In this document: in pieces, positions 61,214 through 64,000 of the stretch
Layout: each line of letters begins with the position of its first letter
Numbering within the stretch: position 1 is the stretch's first letter
Assembly (NCBI GenBank): GCA_023140195.1
Contig: JAGLME010000001.1
Coordinates: forward strand, 193,146 to 257,145
DNA length: 64,000 nt
Direction of reading: 5' to 3'
Source of the DNA: Thermoplasmata archaeon
GTDB lineage: Archaea; Thermoplasmatota; Thermoplasmata; RBG-16-68-12; SOIM01
The notes under the pieces: generated by a model
Databases searched by the model: none
Told to the model about the DNA's origin: nothing
The model's input: the letters and a program-made list of their open reading frames with translations, nothing else
Position numbers and translations under genes: made by a program

Positions 61214-62356
61214 CTAAATTAGAGAAGAGTATATGGACTCTAATGGCTCGAGAAGTTTGTCCCATGTGTAATGGTCTCGAATCACCGTGACGGCATTCTT
61301 CGAGGCACGATGCCAAGTACTTTTATCTCTCAACGCAAGAGCAGCATCAACCAGTTCTTCAGGTTCTCCTGACGCTGTTGCAATCCCCGCCCCAGATTCG
61401 TGAATAAACTCTCCCCAGTCTCCGACACGCGGCGCAATCACGGGCAGCCCGCAAGACATGTAGTCCATTATCTTGATGGGCCACGCAACTTGTCGAACCA
61501 GATCTGTTGTTGATGGTGCTACGCCAATTTGTGAACGAGAGAAGACTTTCAAGGCGTGTTTCCGAGGCTTAGCACCCAAATACTTCAGGTTGGGCGGCTT
61601 CTTCTCACGGATATTTCTCAGTATGTCGTCCTTTCTTGGACCACCGCCTAGTAACAGGAAGCCTAGCTCACGGCTCTTCCTCAGGTGAGCCATTCTCACA
61701 TAATCCTCCACACGTTCCCAATATGAGAAAGCGCCTCCATATACCAAAGTCATCCTGGGGGAATAGTATGCCAGATGGTCAGAGACAAATCCACCATTCG
61801 GCACTACAGTTACCTTTCTTGGGGAGGCTCCATAATTGGAAACAATGTAGTCTCTCATCCTATTGCTCACCACGATGGTATGATCAGCGTGACAGACAGC
61901 CAGTCTCTCAATCTTCGTCAAGTAGTCGGCCTTTTCCGAATAGTCTTGACCACACTCCCCGACGCATTCTTCTCCCCATAGGCCATGAAGATCAAGGACA
62001 TAGGGAAGACCCGTCCTCTCAGCCACAACTCTGGAAATGTGTCCCATATGGGAACCTTCGGCGTGGATAGCCCCAACACTCTCCTGAAGCGCTTCAGTTT
62101 TCGAAAGAATGCGCTTGTCAATCTCTATTGTCCTGAAGTCATTGGATAGTTGGCTGGATCGTGCGGATTGTCCTTCAAAGACCCGTTGTTTGAGCCGTAA
62201 GGCCGAGTTGACTAGAAGATGTTTGACCCGTTGAGATCTACTTATCTTTGAAACCTCAATCACACTAGTTCCTAATGAGGCTATCTGACGGAGCATCTCT
62301 CTACTTCGAATTCCCATGCCAAATCCGCCTTCTCCAAGGAAGGCAATCCTCTTCAT
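61214..62356 (-). CDS. Glycosyltransferase family 4
   Basis: DLHG, VVS, VPNG, PIKIMDYMSCGLPVI, YTW. ATG follows AGAGGAG. Confidence 0.9.
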   Translation of the reverse strand: MKRIAFLGEGGFGMGIRSREMLRQIASLGTSVIEVSKISRSQRVKHLLVNSALRLKQRVFEGQSARSSQLSNDFRTIEIDKRILSKTEALQESVGAIHAEGSHMGHISRVVAERTGLPYVLDLHGLWGEECVGECGQDYSEKADYLTKIERLAVCHADHTIVVSNRMRDYIVSNYGASPRKVTVVPNGGFVSDHLAYYSPRMTLVYGGAFSYWERVEDYVRMAHLRKSRELGFLLLGGGPRKDDILRNIREKKPPNLKYLGAKPRKHALKVFSRSQIGVAPSTTDLVRQVAWPIKIMDYMSCGLPVIAPRVGDWGEFIHESGAGIATASGEPEELVDAALALRDKSTWHRASKNAVTVIRDHYTWDKLLEPLESIYSSLI

Positions 62357-63001
62357 GTTGTTCTCCTCTGAATGTAAGCAGGCAATAATGACCACGACAT
62401 ATTTGGTAGCTCATTTATCGTTTGAACTCGTGTCAATCTTCTTTGTAGGACTCTTGCGGGGAAAGGGTGGCAAGAAAAGCCTGGTCCTGCAACAATCAAA
62501 GACCCCAAGGAGTTCGAGAACCAGGTGAAGATTCTATGCTTCCATCAGTCTCCTCTAGATGCCATCCCTTCTTCTTGAGTCTATCGTTGTGAATTGCATT
62601 GGGAAGGGGCGATGTCTCAATACTGCCCAAACTAATGTCGCTTCAGCAAATGAATCCCTTGGGGACTGCGAATGTGTATTCAACGCCGTTTCTGATAGAT
62701 GGCCAGAACTCCGCAGGAAACACTTGATTGACGACATGCCAGCAATCAGCACAAAAGGGATCGACATCACATCTTATAGACTGGGACGGTTTCAGAAAAA
62801 GGTATTGCCCCGTAGTGTCAGTGGAGCGAAACACCTCTTGTCAGAGGACATCTCTGTGAGACTCGGCGACATCAGGAAAGGCAAGGCCAGATTGCGAAGC
62901 CCTCTCAGCCGCTGCAATCTCGTGACTGAGAAAATCAGACTGGGGACGTCGGTGGTCGATAATGTGGAGAAAGGAGATCATTCTTCTTGATGAGTTCTTC
63001 C

Positions 63002-64000
63002 TTAAATGTTCTCCTTTTGTTCACCATGGAGGTGGTGTTTTTGAGCTGCCAGAAGTGGGAGGACCTTTGGGAATCTTGAGGCCACCTCAACTGCAATGGT
63101 TGACGATCTCAGGAGTTCTTCGACATTCAAGCCGTTCTTAGCGAAGTGGATGAGTCTCTCGAGAGAAGCCCTCATTCCCATGTAATTCTTCATCAGGAAC
63201 AGCCTTGATTCTCCCAACTCAGAGGCGCTCATCGACTCAGATCCCATCACTCCACTGAATGATGTAAAGCGCGACCAGTCCTCGGTTTCCAATAGCCCAT
63301 GATCTTGGGCATATTGATATAAGCGTGTGCCTGGATAGGGCGTCGCGAGATTGATGGATATGTCTACGTTTCCCAGCTGCCTCAGAGTCTTGAGAGTCCT
63401 TCGTATGGTGCTTCGATTCTCCCCGGGAAGACCCAAGATGATATGCGTCAACGGGCTTACTCCTGCTTCTTTTGCCAGTCTTATGGATGTTCTGACTGTT
63501 GAGATCTTCATACCGGGCTTACCGACTTTTCGAAGGAGGTCTGGATCTCCCGTTTCGAGACCAAAATGAACTCTGCTGCAACCGGCCTGTTTCATCTTCT
63601 TGAGAAGTCTCTCTGAAACCAAGTCGAATCTGGTCTCGCATAACCACTGAATCTTCAAGTCTCGCTCCATGATCAAATCGCAAATCCTCTCAGCTCTGTC
63701 TGACTTGGATGAGAATAGTTGGTCACGGAAGGTGAATGCCGTAGTCCCATACTCGTGATGGAGGTATTCCATCTCTCTGACAACGTCTTCGACAGAGCGA
63801 AGGCGAAGAGTGGCTCCCATACCGATGGGATAAGGGCAGTAGAATGAACAAGGCATAGGGCAGCCTCTGCTACCCCAAATCGGGAAGAACCTTTCCTCTC
63901 TTCCAAAGTGGGGATCACGATAGCGAGTGATAGGCATGTCTTCATGAGGAGGCCAGGGCAGTTTGTTCAGGTCTACGGCGTCAGCTGAAACCCTTGTAGT
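63002..64000 (-). CDS. Radical SAM protein, B12-binding class-B-like (5' truncated by window edge)
   Basis: SRGCPMPCSFYCPY, GLETG, ILGLPGE, TPYPGT. Frame is open to the window end. Confidence 0.88.
   Translation of the reverse strand, partial: TTRVSADAVDLNKLPWPPHEDMPITRYRDPHFGREERFFPIWGSRGCPMPCSFYCPYPIGMGATLRLRSVEDVVREMEYLHHEYGTTAFTFRDQLFSSKSDRAERICDLIMERDLKIQWLCETRFDLVSERLLKKMKQAGCSRVHFGLETGDPDLLRKVGKPGMKISTVRTSIRLAKEAGVSPLTHIILGLPGENRSTIRRTLKTLRQLGNVDISINLATPYPGTRLYQYAQDHGLLETEDWSRFTSFSGVMGSESMSASELGESRLFLMKNYMGMRASLERLIHFAKNGLNVEELLRSSTIAVEVASRFPKVLPLLAAQKHHLHGEQKENI

Overview
Archaeal chromosome segment, most consistent with Thermoplasmatota. Supporting markers are archaeal informational genes (Csl4, Nob1, aIF1A, Rio1, Dim2, pantoate kinase), DNA gyrase, TATA-like promoters and GGAGGTGA Shine-Dalgarno (SD) sites. 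Left (2-17 kb): a large MacB/FtsX-type permease, then three membrane-anchored secreted beta-propeller proteins, a DsbD/CcdA-like protein, a NapH-like polyferredoxin, a double-cubane-type (HAD-family) Fe-S protein, a CPxCG microprotein, and a large surface protein. Middle (17-45 kb): housekeeping genes for ribosome biogenesis, a sulfur relay, ppsA, tmk, CoA, folC, nth, gyrAB and cysS plus tRNA-Cys. Right (45-64 kb): an accessory/envelope region with a GT-C-like gene plus ABC system, an MNT-HEPN pair, a PAPS-synthesis operon, wecB, a tandem duplication of a secreted protein with a conserved structured leader, a GT4 and a radical SAM gene. Main leads: (1) the uncharacterised propeller/redox/double-cubane operon; (2) four apparent non-AUG/GUG/UUG starts (CTG, ATC, ATC, ACG); (3) a tRNA-Cys with A73 sitting directly upstream of a CysRS that has a Cys-to-Asp change in a Zn ligand; (4) a riboswitch-like duplicated leader RNA; (5) a sulfation operon with no recognisable sulfotransferase. 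No CRISPR array, rRNA or transposase was seen. All family calls are by eye from motifs; no searches were run.
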